Shown here: positions 30,064 through 40,017 of the stretch, piece after piece
Position numbering within the stretch: position 1 is the first letter of the stretch
Layout: every line of letters begins with the position of its first letter
Assembly (NCBI GenBank): GCA_964583985.1
Contig: CAZOYD010000004.1
Span: 18,809 to 82,808, forward strand
DNA from: an uncultured archaeon
GTDB lineage: Archaea > Asgardarchaeota > Lokiarchaeia > Sigyniarchaeales > SOKP01
DNA: 64,000 nt
Direction of reading: 5' to 3'
Made by a program: the position numbers and the translations under genes
Notes under the pieces: generated by a model
Told to the model about the DNA's origin: nothing
Seen by the model: the letters and a program-made list of their open reading frames with translations, nothing else
The model's database searches: none

Positions 30064-32406
30064 ATGACTCGTAAAACTGAAATGTCTCTTTTCAATGTAG
30101 TCGTTAATTCTAATTATAAAGATCGACTATTAAATCAACTTTCCATCGTGCATAATGTACACATTAAGAAAAAAGAGGAAACACAAATAAAAAAAAGAAC
30201 TGAAGAAACAGATTCTTTGATGAAAATTATTAGGACATTAAGACAAAACGTGGATCTTTTATTCAAAAAGCTAAGCATAAACGAAAGTGATTTTCAGGAA
30301 TTAAAAATTAAACCAAAAGATAGATTAAAATTCGTTGCGCGTGATTTAAGCGATTTAATTAATCAAATATATGATGAAATCAATTTTTACCTTAATAGAC
30401 TCACTGAATTGGAGAGATATTCATCAAAGGCTCAGATTGAATTAGAAAACCTAAAGATTATCAAATCTAGCTATGTTTTTCTTGAACAATATCAATTAAA
30501 TCGTGATAGCTTATCGAATTTAGAGCAACTAAACTTCAGAGTTTTTACAACATTTTCAAAAAACCTAGAGATCCTTGAATCTCTTCTCCAACCTTCTTCA
30601 TTTTCAAATGTACACCAAACAGATCAAAATTTTCCAAATATATATCAATTGGAAGATAGAATTGTATTTTTTATTGTTTATCCAATAGATCAAGAAGAAG
30701 GTCTAAAAGAACGGATAAACATTATTCATGCTGAAGAAGTACCAATATTGAAGAAATATTTGACTCCAGAGGGTATAGATTTTACTCGCATTAATAATGA
30801 ACTCAATATTGTCAACAATACTATAATTAAGTACTCAAAAGAGAAAAATAAAATTCGAGAACAAAATTTAACGAAATTTTCCGCTATTAATGAAGTAGTA
30901 AAAAACATAGAAGAATATAATTGGGCAGAGCACCAATTTGATGAAGAATCTGCTGATCGATCGCGAATCAATTTCTTCATCCCTACAATGAATGAGGATA
31001 AAGTTAAGCAGGCTCTTTTAGATAATTTAAAAGAAAAGATCCACATTGAAATTACTGATGTCCCTAAATATCATCCCATTTATAAAAAAGAAGAAAAACA
31101 AGATGGATTTGAGCAGCTCAAACAAAAAGAAAAAGAATCTAAAGATGGAGATGAGAATAAAAAATCCCCTTCAGAAGAACCTAAAAAGCGCGATTTTAGA
31201 GAAACTGCCCCAACAGTCATGAAAAACCCATTCTTTATAAGACCATTTGAAACATTAACAAAGATGTACGGTGTACCTTCATATTCTGAAATTGATCCAA
31301 CACCATTTCTTGCAATAACATTTCCTCTTTTATTTGGACTAATGTTTGGTGATATTGGACATGGAATGAGCTTGATGATTGCGGGTGTATTGGGAGGGAT
31401 ATTGTTCCGTAAAAAGAAAGGAATACGTGATGTTAGTTGGATAATATTCTATTGTGGTATTGGATCTGTATTATGTGGCTTTTTATATGGAGAATTCTTT
31501 GGCTCTGATAACTTTTTTGGTTATAAATTGCAAGAGATAAGATTTTTTATCCCTTTATTAGGAAACATAACACTAAGTAATCCATTGAGTAACATCTTGT
31601 CGATTTTCAAATTTACATTGATCATAGGTGTAATTCACGTTAATTTAGGATGGATTATTCAATTTATAAATTATTGGAAGCAATCGAAAAAATACATGTC
31701 AATGACCGATTCATTCATGAAAATCTGCTTATTAACAGGCGGGACTTTTTTAATATTCATTTATGGAATCAATTTTAATACATGGCTTTCTTATCCCTAT
31801 CCCATTTTGTTGGTAATTGTCCCGGGGATTTTACTCATACTATTAAAACCAATCGGAGGATTATTGGGGATCTCATATTTAAAAAAAGAATCATTTGGTT
31901 CTTTATTAGGAGAAGGAACCGTCGAAACTTTTGAAACAGCTCTATCTATTTTGAGTAATATTGCTTCATATATCCGATTGCTTGCTTTAGCATTAGCCCA
32001 CATTGCTTTAATGATTACAATTCAAGCATTAATAGGATTACTTCCAACTCCAGGTACGATTACCATTGGTATGGATCCTTTAGCCATTACTGGTATTATT
32101 CTGATTGAAGGTTTAAGAATAATTGGCATAGTTATAGGTAATGTTTTCGTGATATTATTAGAAGGGGTGCTTGTGTTTATCAATACATTGAGGTTACATT
32201 TCTATGAATTTTTCTTCAAGTTCTATCAAGGTACTGGAACTGAATTCTTTTCATTTTATTTGGATGATAATTATTCAATAATACAATTTAAAGTAGAGCA
32301 TGAAAAAGATTTAATTTCAGAAGAAATTGAAAGGGAGATCGATAATAGAAAAACTAGAGAAGACCTTGAAGAAGCTTTACAAGTCATTAAAGATAAATTC
32401 TTTTAA
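30064..32406 (+). CDS. atpI: A/V-type ATPase subunit I (a-type, membrane stator)
   Basis: About 780 aa. Soluble coiled-coil N-half, multi-TM C-half with IASYIRLLALALAH (essential Arg helix). Start at ATG 30064 or TTG 30052. Confidence 0.88.
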   Translation: MTRKTEMSLFNVVVNSNYKDRLLNQLSIVHNVHIKKKEETQIKKRTEETDSLMKIIRTLRQNVDLLFKKLSINESDFQELKIKPKDRLKFVARDLSDLINQIYDEINFYLNRLTELERYSSKAQIELENLKIIKSSYVFLEQYQLNRDSLSNLEQLNFRVFTTFSKNLEILESLLQPSSFSNVHQTDQNFPNIYQLEDRIVFFIVYPIDQEEGLKERINIIHAEEVPILKKYLTPEGIDFTRINNELNIVNNTIIKYSKEKNKIREQNLTKFSAINEVVKNIEEYNWAEHQFDEESADRSRINFFIPTMNEDKVKQALLDNLKEKIHIEITDVPKYHPIYKKEEKQDGFEQLKQKEKESKDGDENKKSPSEEPKKRDFRETAPTVMKNPFFIRPFETLTKMYGVPSYSEIDPTPFLAITFPLLFGLMFGDIGHGMSLMIAGVLGGILFRKKKGIRDVSWIIFYCGIGSVLCGFLYGEFFGSDNFFGYKLQEIRFFIPLLGNITLSNPLSNILSIFKFTLIIGVIHVNLGWIIQFINYWKQSKKYMSMTDSFMKICLLTGGTFLIFIYGINFNTWLSYPYPILLVIVPGILLILLKPIGGLLGISYLKKESFGSLLGEGTVETFETALSILSNIASYIRLLALALAHIALMITIQALIGLLPTPGTITIGMDPLAITGIILIEGLRIIGIVIGNVFVILLEGVLVFINTLRLHFYEFFFKFYQGTGTEFFSFYLDDNYSIIQFKVEHEKDLISEEIEREIDNRKTREDLEEALQVIKDKFF

Positions 32407-32435
32407 ATAAATTAATTATATTAATTAGTAACCAT

Positions 32436-32864
32436 ATGATTGAATCAAACGAAATTGATGAGAAATCTTTTAAAAAAAGACTCATCATGATTAGAACATT
32501 TCTTTTCATTTTAGTCATCTCAGTCTTAGGAATAATCTATTATATTTTAATTGACTTTGGATCCATACACCTAATCTCATTTTTAATCGTGTTATTTATA
32601 TTTCTCATTGTCTTAGGTCCCATAATAAATTATGGAAAAAACCGAAGTCTATTTGATCGGTTTAAACGGAAAAAAAAAGTGGGAGGAAATGAGAGGAATG
32701 AAGATACCTTCAAAATCAAAACTACTCCTGCGCGACATCCTATTGATGAAAGAATAAATTTAGAATTCACATATAGAAAAGCCCTCATTCATAAGTGTCC
32801 TAAATGTGGATTTATGTTAACAAGCTCTATGAAAAAATGCCCAAATTGTGGACAAACGATATAA
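32436..32864 (+). CDS. membrane protein with C-terminal zinc ribbon
   Basis: 142 aa. Two TM helices, then CPKCG...x11...CPNCG. Confidence 0.55.
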   Translation: MIESNEIDEKSFKKRLIMIRTFLFILVISVLGIIYYILIDFGSIHLISFLIVLFIFLIVLGPIINYGKNRSLFDRFKRKKKVGGNERNEDTFKIKTTPARHPIDERINLEFTYRKALIHKCPKCGFMLTSSMKKCPNCGQTI

Positions 32865-32896
32865 ATTAAATTATTTGATACGTTTATATTTGTTGA

Positions 32897-33520
32897 TTAT
32901 GGTTTAAACCATTCAAAGAAGTAATAACTGATTGTCAAAGGATTAGCTATCACATATTTTTTTCGGACGGATGTTGCTAGTCGACCAGCTCTTACCATAT
33001 CAACTGCTGTAATTTTAGAGTCGTGAGGAAGAACATGAACAATAAATGGAGAATGCTCTAATCCTGGCCCTTTCTTATATACAACAAAATCTGCTCCAAA
33101 TTTTAGTCCTGGACGAGGAATATAACCTTTTTCCCTAAGATCCTCATAAATTATGAGCTTTTCTTCGAACTTATGGTGAATCTGTTTTCCAATCTCGAAA
33201 AATTCTTCCAAATTTAAGTATTTACCTTTTTTAGTGTCATATATTGAAATTTTATCCTTTTTTAGCAAGTAATATGCTTCTATGAGAGATAATTCACTGG
33301 GTTTAGAAAAATATTCCAAACGTGGTTTACTTATTCCTAAAGGAGCTCCATAGAAATTACATTTAACATATAGATAGGATGCGAATAGGGGATTGAACAC
33401 GATTACTCTTGAATTAATGAATTTGGTGGGTATTTTATCGGGTATATCTCCTTCCTTAATATCATCCAAGGAAATTGGGGTGATCTTTTCTTCACTCATC
33501 AAGATAGAACTATTAATCAT
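32897..33520 (-). CDS. endA: tRNA-splicing endonuclease
   Basis: 207 aa. C-terminal catalytic domain GADFVVYKKGPGLEHSPFIVHV ... AGRLATSVRKKYVIA (Tyr-His-Lys triad context). Confidence 0.85.
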   Translation of the reverse strand: MINSSILMSEEKITPISLDDIKEGDIPDKIPTKFINSRVIVFNPLFASYLYVKCNFYGAPLGISKPRLEYFSKPSELSLIEAYYLLKKDKISIYDTKKGKYLNLEEFFEIGKQIHHKFEEKLIIYEDLREKGYIPRPGLKFGADFVVYKKGPGLEHSPFIVHVLPHDSKITAVDMVRAGRLATSVRKKYVIANPLTISYYFFEWFKP

Positions 33521-33768
33521 GACTTAATAATTCTTTTAATTGAAATTTATTTGATAAGAATGATAATAATGCTGTTTTGTAAAAAAAAAGATTATAAATT
33601 TTCGTAAATCAAAATAAAAAATAATGCAAATATTGAAAGTGAGAGTATCTAACCTCAAAAGATTAATGAAAGATATATATTTGGAAATTATTGTGAAAGA
33701 TGAGTTAACTTAAAATTATAGTAATGACAAGTTTATTATTAAAAACCTAATGTTTTAATGGGAAAATC

Positions 33769-34641
33769 ATGAATATTAGACGCATGGCATTAGCTGGTAG
33801 TTGGTACCCCTATACTGAGGAAGCATGTTTAAGAAAAATGAAAAGTTTTTTGAAAGATAACAAATTTGGGCCTTATGAAGAATATATCTCCTCAAAAATG
33901 GCTGAGAGATCTATAATTGGCGGTGTTTCACCTCATGCGGGTATGGACTATTCTGGACCTTGTGCCATTCATACCTATTTAAACATTTTCAAGGAAAGAA
34001 TTCCTGATAGTATTATCGTAATAGGGTTCGATCATCGTGTACTTGTAAAAGATTCAATATTAGAAGAGGGAGAATGGGAAACACCTTTAGGAAATTTAAT
34101 TATAGATAATGAATTATCTGAAAAAATTCTGAAAACCAGTAGTAAAATAATAGCAGATAGCTCTGCTTTCATTGGGAGAGATGAAAACAGCCTAGAGTTA
34201 CAAATGCCTTTTATAAAATTCTTTGCTGGGAAAAATAATGTAAGAATTGTTCCTATTAAAATTTCTACTCACGATTTTAAAACGATTGATACGATTTCTG
34301 AAAATATAGCTCAAGTAATTAAAACTTCAAATAAGGATATTGTTGTTGTAGCATCATCCGATTTATATCATGAGCAAGTTAATAACAAGGATGATTTAGT
34401 AAAATTCAAGGCAAAAGATGAAAAAGTCATAAACGATTTTGTGAATTTAAAGCCTGAAAACATAATAAATCTTGGACGAAAAGCATCTGTATGCGGACAA
34501 CATACAATTTCGACTTTACTTCAAATAAGTATTAAATTAGGAGCTAAGAAGGGGAAATTATTAAAGCACTACACGAGTGCTGAGATCACACAGAATTTCG
34601 GGTATTGTGTGGGATATTTTTCAGGAATTACATATAAATAA
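33769..34641 (+). CDS. MEMO1-family protein (AmmeMemoRadiSam system protein B)
   Basis: 290 aa. AGSWYP, GGVSPHAGMDYSG, GFDH, SSDLYH, CG.HTI. Confidence 0.8.
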   Translation: MNIRRMALAGSWYPYTEEACLRKMKSFLKDNKFGPYEEYISSKMAERSIIGGVSPHAGMDYSGPCAIHTYLNIFKERIPDSIIVIGFDHRVLVKDSILEEGEWETPLGNLIIDNELSEKILKTSSKIIADSSAFIGRDENSLELQMPFIKFFAGKNNVRIVPIKISTHDFKTIDTISENIAQVIKTSNKDIVVVASSDLYHEQVNNKDDLVKFKAKDEKVINDFVNLKPENIINLGRKASVCGQHTISTLLQISIKLGAKKGKLLKHYTSAEITQNFGYCVGYFSGITYK

Positions 34642-34672
34642 ATTTTATTAAAATTAAATTTGTATCTGATAA

Positions 34673-35758
34673 ATGATGCCGGAAGATAATGATAGAATTG
34701 AAGATTTTATGACTTTATGGAAAAAAAAAAATGAACAACAAAATAACACTCCTTCGGTGATTGGCGATACTTTAAACCAGATGGAAATTTTAAAGAAGGA
34801 AAATCAAGAATTAAGAAAAAAGATCTCTGAAAATATTGCTTTATTAAGTAATACAGAAGATATCATTAAAAAATTATCTTCAGAAAAAGAGATATTGAAA
34901 GTTGAGAAAGAAGAAGCTTTAATGGATTTAACAATGAGTATAAGAGATTTACAGAACGAAAATTTAGAACTCAATAATAAAGTCAAAAGCATGGTCTCAA
35001 TATTACTTGAAAAAGATGAAGAGATAAAAAGATTAGAATCTATTGGAGTAACAGTATATTCCCCTCCTGATGATAATACAAAATTAACTGATGAATTGCA
35101 ATCTCGAATTAACCAGAGGAATTTGCATATACTTTCATTAGAAAAAAACATTACTGAGTTAACATCCAAAAACGAAGAATTAAATGCTCAACTTGTAGAG
35201 AAAATTAAAAGCATGCCAATTGAACACGCCGCAACAGCAAATAATTCAGTAGAACAAATAATCAAACCGCTACCCTCCAAAGGATCCTCAATCCCATTAG
35301 AATCCTTATGCCAAGATCTACAAGCAGATTTGAACAAATATAAAAAAATAATTGAGCAGCTCACTAAAGATAAGACACAATTAATAGGGTTAATAGAAAA
35401 TCAAGGTGTTGAATTAGATATTGCTGAGATTAAATCACTAAAGACTGAAAATGAAAATTTAAAACGTGATGTACTTGAATTACAAAATTCATTAAAATTC
35501 CAATCAAAAGAGTCTATTCAAGAATTAGCAAACGCCGAAGCAGAGATGAAGATAAAAGAACTTCAATCCAAAATTCAAGAAAAAGAAACTTTAATTGCTA
35601 ATATGAAATTATCACAAGGATTACAATCGAATGAATCAACTAGTCCAATGTCTGGCTTAGTAGAAGAATTGCAAAAGAGTATTAACAAATTAAAGATTAC
35701 GATAAGGGAAAAAGATCAAGAAATTCAGAATTTAAACAGAATGTTAACCTCAACATAA
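34673..35758 (+). CDS. long coiled-coil protein, function unknown
   Basis: 361 aa. Heptad-like E/K/L/N/Q-rich sequence almost throughout, with a short non-helical stretch near aa 185-215. Confidence 0.6.
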   Translation: MMPEDNDRIEDFMTLWKKKNEQQNNTPSVIGDTLNQMEILKKENQELRKKISENIALLSNTEDIIKKLSSEKEILKVEKEEALMDLTMSIRDLQNENLELNNKVKSMVSILLEKDEEIKRLESIGVTVYSPPDDNTKLTDELQSRINQRNLHILSLEKNITELTSKNEELNAQLVEKIKSMPIEHAATANNSVEQIIKPLPSKGSSIPLESLCQDLQADLNKYKKIIEQLTKDKTQLIGLIENQGVELDIAEIKSLKTENENLKRDVLELQNSLKFQSKESIQELANAEAEMKIKELQSKIQEKETLIANMKLSQGLQSNESTSPMSGLVEELQKSINKLKITIREKDQEIQNLNRMLTST

Positions 35759-35971
35759 AGATTTTTTTTGCTGTATGCATTCTACTTTTAAAGAAGGTCA
35801 AATTTTTGAGGAATAAGACATTATCTTAAGAAAGAATATTATTTTATATTATCAACTCAATGGAATATAGAATGATGTCAAAAGAGTGCTTTCTGGATAT
35901 ATTTGATGTTCTATAGAAGAATTTGGACCAAATAATAAAACTAACATTAAAATAAGAACGATACTAGAAGA

Positions 35972-36964
35972 ATGATGAAAGAGAAAGCTCGGATGGGCCC
36001 ATTCGTTCTATTTATAGGACATTTCGCAATTGACACTATCATTAGGTTTAAGGAAAAAAGAAAGCCAAGTTTGGGAGGAAGTGTTTCATTTGGATCCATA
36101 GCGTTAAGTAAGTACACGAAAAATGCTCATATTGGAATTATTTCTAATATTGGAAGAAAAAATTTTAATCCTCATTTACTAACTGTTCTCAAAAAAAAAA
36201 AAATAATCTTAACAATCAAATACTTTGACATGTTAAATACTAACTTCATATTAAATTACGAAGATCATTCAAGATCTCTCATTCTTAAATCAAGAAGTCC
36301 CAATCTTGAAATAAATGATATCCCTCTTGAAATCGCACTAAATCCTCCCGAAATCATTGTATTAGTACCATTGTGCAATGAAATTACAATTGAGTATATA
36401 AAAAATATTCTAAGGATGTTTCCCAAAGCTTATATAGGAATAGATTTACAGGGATTTATCCGTAAGATCGATCCTGACAGTGGGGTCGTCTCTTACTTAT
36501 TTGATGAGGAGTTATTATCTAATGTTAAAAAGATTATTACATTAATAGGGGATAAATTAATACTCAAGGGTTCAGAAAATGAAATGAAATTACTTTCTGG
36601 AAAAGAGGAAGTATTCGAGGTTATGGAATTTTTTAAGGGATTTGATAATAAAGGGATTTATATCATGACATTAGGAGAATCAGGATCTATTATTACAAGA
36701 CAAGGAGAACGAATATTACAAATTCCTGCTTTTACACCTAATACAGTCGTAGATGAAACTGGTGCGGGAGATGTATATCTAGCAATCTTTCTTTATGAAT
36801 TCTACAATTCTGATTATTCTTGGAAAGCAGTTAAAAACGCAGCTTTATGTGCTTCTTCGGCAGCATCTTTCTTAGTAGAGAAGAAAGGTACAAATGGATC
36901 TGAATCAATGAAAAAAGTATTGAAAAGAAAAAACCAGAAAAAATATATTGTAAAATGTGGGTGA
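35972..36964 (+). CDS. PfkB-family carbohydrate/nucleoside kinase
   Basis: 330 aa. GG dipeptide near the N-terminus (LGGSVSFG). C-terminal anion-hole motif DETGAGDVYLAIFL. Confidence 0.7.
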   Translation: MMKEKARMGPFVLFIGHFAIDTIIRFKEKRKPSLGGSVSFGSIALSKYTKNAHIGIISNIGRKNFNPHLLTVLKKKKIILTIKYFDMLNTNFILNYEDHSRSLILKSRSPNLEINDIPLEIALNPPEIIVLVPLCNEITIEYIKNILRMFPKAYIGIDLQGFIRKIDPDSGVVSYLFDEELLSNVKKIITLIGDKLILKGSENEMKLLSGKEEVFEVMEFFKGFDNKGIYIMTLGESGSIITRQGERILQIPAFTPNTVVDETGAGDVYLAIFLYEFYNSDYSWKAVKNAALCASSAASFLVEKKGTNGSESMKKVLKRKNQKKYIVKCG

Positions 36965-36970
36965 TCTCTT

Positions 36971-37558
36971 ATTCATATCAATAGTCATTTTGCTGTAGGA
37001 ATATCTATAGCATCAATATTGAATTATTTCTTTTCATTTTCATTTTTTGATTTTACTCTAATTGTAATTTTTTCATTTATTTGTGATTTCGATGTTTTTT
37101 TTTCAAAGTTTGCGAAAGATCATAATCATAGAATGTTGATTACTCATTCCATAATCCCAAGTATCATTATAATTTTATTGGGATTAATTTTTAATTGGAT
37201 TGCTTTAATTTTTAGCGGGATTTTATATTTTGTTCACATTCTAATAGATACATTTGATTGGGGAACTAATTTATTATTTTTTCATAAAAAATTATATGGA
37301 ATCAAAATGTTAATTTCGAAGGAAGAGTTCGAAAATTTGCCAATATATCTTTCTAATTACAAGAATAAAGAATCTTTTTTTGATGAAAAATATTACACAA
37401 ATAAAGCTTGTTTAGCAACTGAAATAATCATTTTCGTGATTATGATGATCTCCATTATTAGTTTTGCATTTCAATATATCTATCTAATTATATTTTATTT
37501 TTTAGGTTTATATTTTCATTTAGCACGCCATTTTCATTTAAAAAAACTTGAAGCATAA
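36971..37558 (+). CDS. YdjM/DUF457-like membrane-bound metal-dependent hydrolase; 5' end uncertain
   Basis: The track ORF starts at TTG 37019. Motifs CDFDVF, HRMLITHS and VHILIDTF match DUF457. The family-typical N-terminal His (INSHFAVGISIASI) lies upstream, in frame, after GGGTGAT (36959-36965) and ATT 36971. Confidence 0.55.
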   Translation: MHINSHFAVGISIASILNYFFSFSFFDFTLIVIFSFICDFDVFFSKFAKDHNHRMLITHSIIPSIIIILLGLIFNWIALIFSGILYFVHILIDTFDWGTNLLFFHKKLYGIKMLISKEEFENLPIYLSNYKNKESFFDEKYYTNKACLATEIIIFVIMMISIISFAFQYIYLIIFYFLGLYFHLARHFHLKKLEA

Positions 37559-37708
37559 TAAAATAAGATGGATTAATAATTTAGATTAGATACTTTTAAG
37601 AACAAAATCCATATTGTAATTACTAATAGATATTTAATTTCATATTCAAAGGTGTGAAAAATTTCTGAAGAGATAATAACTAATGTTGGGCTTTCCTTAT
37701 ATGAACAA

Positions 37709-38098
37709 ATGATTTTTAAATGCGATCTTGGAAATTTAAAGGTTAAGGATTGTTTTATTGATGAAACTCATATTTCGGAGGTTGATATGATTGGTCCAAA
37801 TCCCTCGAGACTGTTAGGTTTAGCTCTTTTGGGTTGCTTAAGTGCGAGTTTCATTTTTTGTCTGAAAAAAAAAGAACTTACATTGAAAGATTTAAAAGCT
37901 AATGCAGAAATACACATTGGTAAGAATAAAAAAGGATTTTTAAGAGTTCTTAAAATTGACATAAATATAAAGACAACAATAGATAATCCAGAAACAATGA
38001 AGAGAGCAGAACAATGTAAGAAAATGTTTGAACAATACTGCACTGTAACTCAAGCTGTGAGAGAAGGAATTGAGGTGAATGTCAATGTTGAGTTATAA
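37709..38098 (+). CDS. OsmC/Ohr-family protein
   Basis: 129 aa. PNPSRLLGLALLGCLSASF and C-terminal YCTVTQAV are typical of the OsmC fold. Confidence 0.55.
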   Translation: MIFKCDLGNLKVKDCFIDETHISEVDMIGPNPSRLLGLALLGCLSASFIFCLKKKELTLKDLKANAEIHIGKNKKGFLRVLKIDINIKTTIDNPETMKRAEQCKKMFEQYCTVTQAVREGIEVNVNVEL

Positions 38099-38133
38099 GT
38101 GTTCAGTTTTTTTATTTTTAATTAGCAAAGGAT

Positions 38134-39126
38134 CTAATCAGAAATTCCATCCTCAGAAATCGAGAAGATTGCATCTTCTTCCGGTAAATTTGGAGCATCA
38201 ATAATTTTAGCAACACGTTGTTCTCCTTTACCTTTTCGTAAATAAATCCGAATTGTTGCACCATGAGCAACAATATTTCCACCTGTTGCAGTTATAGGAT
38301 TTCCATAGAAAACATCTGGTTTGGCAGAAACTTGATTTGTGAAAAATACCGCCATTTCATCATACATCTCACTGATACGTAAAAGATCATGGATATGTGT
38401 ATTTAATGTTTGTTGACGATTAGCTAAAGTCCCCCTCCCGATATATTCACTTCTAAAATGTCCGATTAAAGAATCTACAATAACTAATTTTATGTTTTTT
38501 TCTTCGATTATTTTTGAAGCTTCCTTGATAAGAAGTATTTGATGATCACTGTTATATGCTCTACCAACAACAATATTTTGGAGTACTGTTTTATAATCCA
38601 TATCTTTAGCACTAGCCATTTGAATAATACGCTCCGGTCTAAAAGTACCTTCTGTATCAATATATAAAGCACCTCCCTCAAGTCCACCATCTTCATAGGA
38701 ACGTTGCACATTAACACATAGCTGGTGAGCTAGTTGAGTTTTCCCAGTTCTAAATTCTCCAAATACTTCAGTTACTGCGCCTGTTTCTAGTCCACCCCCT
38801 AACAAATCATCTAGATTATGTCCTCCTGTCGAAATTCTTCTCATCTTTTTTCTCTTTTCCCAAATCACATCTGCTGGCTTGAAACCCATCTTTTCAATAT
38901 CTTGAGCGGCTTTTATGAGTTTTTCAGCTGTTTTTTCACCGATACCTGCATCTTCCATTAATCTAGAAATTGGATACATTGCTAACAAACGTATAGATAT
39001 TATACCAGAAGCCTTCAACTTTTTAAGAGTAACTTCCCCCACTCCTGGTAAATCATCCAATTCAAATGTTGGGTTAGAATTTGTACTATCATCTTCTCCA
39101 TTGGATGGAGCATTCTTCTTAGCCAT
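38134..39126 (-). CDS. radA: DNA repair and recombination protein RadA
   Basis: 330 aa. N-terminal HhH ([17 protein letters not shown]), Walker [15 protein letters not shown], Walker [30 protein letters not shown]. Confidence 0.97.
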   Translation of the reverse strand: MAKKNAPSNGEDDSTNSNPTFELDDLPGVGEVTLKKLKASGIISIRLLAMYPISRLMEDAGIGEKTAEKLIKAAQDIEKMGFKPADVIWEKRKKMRRISTGGHNLDDLLGGGLETGAVTEVFGEFRTGKTQLAHQLCVNVQRSYEDGGLEGGALYIDTEGTFRPERIIQMASAKDMDYKTVLQNIVVGRAYNSDHQILLIKEASKIIEEKNIKLVIVDSLIGHFRSEYIGRGTLANRQQTLNTHIHDLLRISEMYDEMAVFFTNQVSAKPDVFYGNPITATGGNIVAHGATIRIYLRKGKGEQRVAKIIDAPNLPEEDAIFSISEDGISD

Positions 39127-39227
39127 GATATATCTACTATTTTTAAAAATCCTTTCCTTGATATTATATCTTCATAATTATATAAAAATAATGTCTAAAT
39201 ATTAATAAAAGAATAAAAAAATTGTTT

Positions 39228-39905
39228 TTATTTTTTTTGCTGAAGCTCCTCCTTACCACTTCGAGTAATGAGTAATAGTATGATAAATAATATTACACTC
39301 ATGAGGAGTGTAAGCACTCCCGTTGCCTCGCGTATCCATATATAACTTAAATACATGAATGGTAAGATGAACAACGCGATAATAATAATAAACATTGGTA
39401 AAGGAACTTCTTCATCCTTGATATCTAATATCATAGGGATAATAACTAAAATGATCATTATAGTTGCTGTAATTCTAAACGCCAATAATAACTCTGGGAA
39501 CACTAAAAATTGAGCAGCATAAATATCTGGCAAATTGAATACAAACCATGGAGAAGTATTTGTGAGTAATGAAGGAATAGAAACTGGAAGAATGGCAGTT
39601 ATAATTAATTGAATGAGAATAGCCAAAGCAAGATATAAAACAATATCGTTTATTTCTTTCTTACCCTTTTTTACACCCCAAAGGTCTCTAATTAAAGTAA
39701 CGCACCAAAGAATGAATAATAAAAGATATACTCCAAGAATATTGAAATTAATTATCCACATAAAATTAATGGGTAATAAAGCCACAATGTAAGCCATATA
39801 TGCGTATTTTTCATTTCGATGAAACAAATCAAACACTAAAAAAACAGCAAAAATAATGACAAATGTTATTAAAACGATGATGGAGTTAATATCGAATAAT
39901 GCCAC
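39228..39905 (-). CDS. polytopic membrane protein, unknown function
   Basis: 225 aa with about 7 hydrophobic segments. No recognisable motif. Confidence 0.55.
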   Translation of the reverse strand: MALFDINSIIVLITFVIIFAVFLVFDLFHRNEKYAYMAYIVALLPINFMWIINFNILGVYLLLFILWCVTLIRDLWGVKKGKKEINDIVLYLALAILIQLIITAILPVSIPSLLTNTSPWFVFNLPDIYAAQFLVFPELLLAFRITATIMIILVIIPMILDIKDEEVPLPMFIIIIALFILPFMYLSYIWIREATGVLTLLMSVILFIILLLITRSGKEELQQKK

Positions 39906-40017
39906 GATTATACCATCTTTATTTTTAATATATGAATTTATTATTATTATTATAATAACACTAAATATTAAATCTTTAACTGAATCAGTTGAGATTATAA
40001 AAAAATACAGTGATTCT

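Noticed and set aside
30726-31046. 106-aa minus-strand ORF inside atpI. The same reasoning applies to similar nested antisense ORFs at 34804-35169, 43244-43582, 50477-50815, 52849-53187, 55111-55720, 15156-15386 and 19060-19320.
   Set aside because: All are fully contained in well-supported genes on the other strand. These are shadow ORFs.
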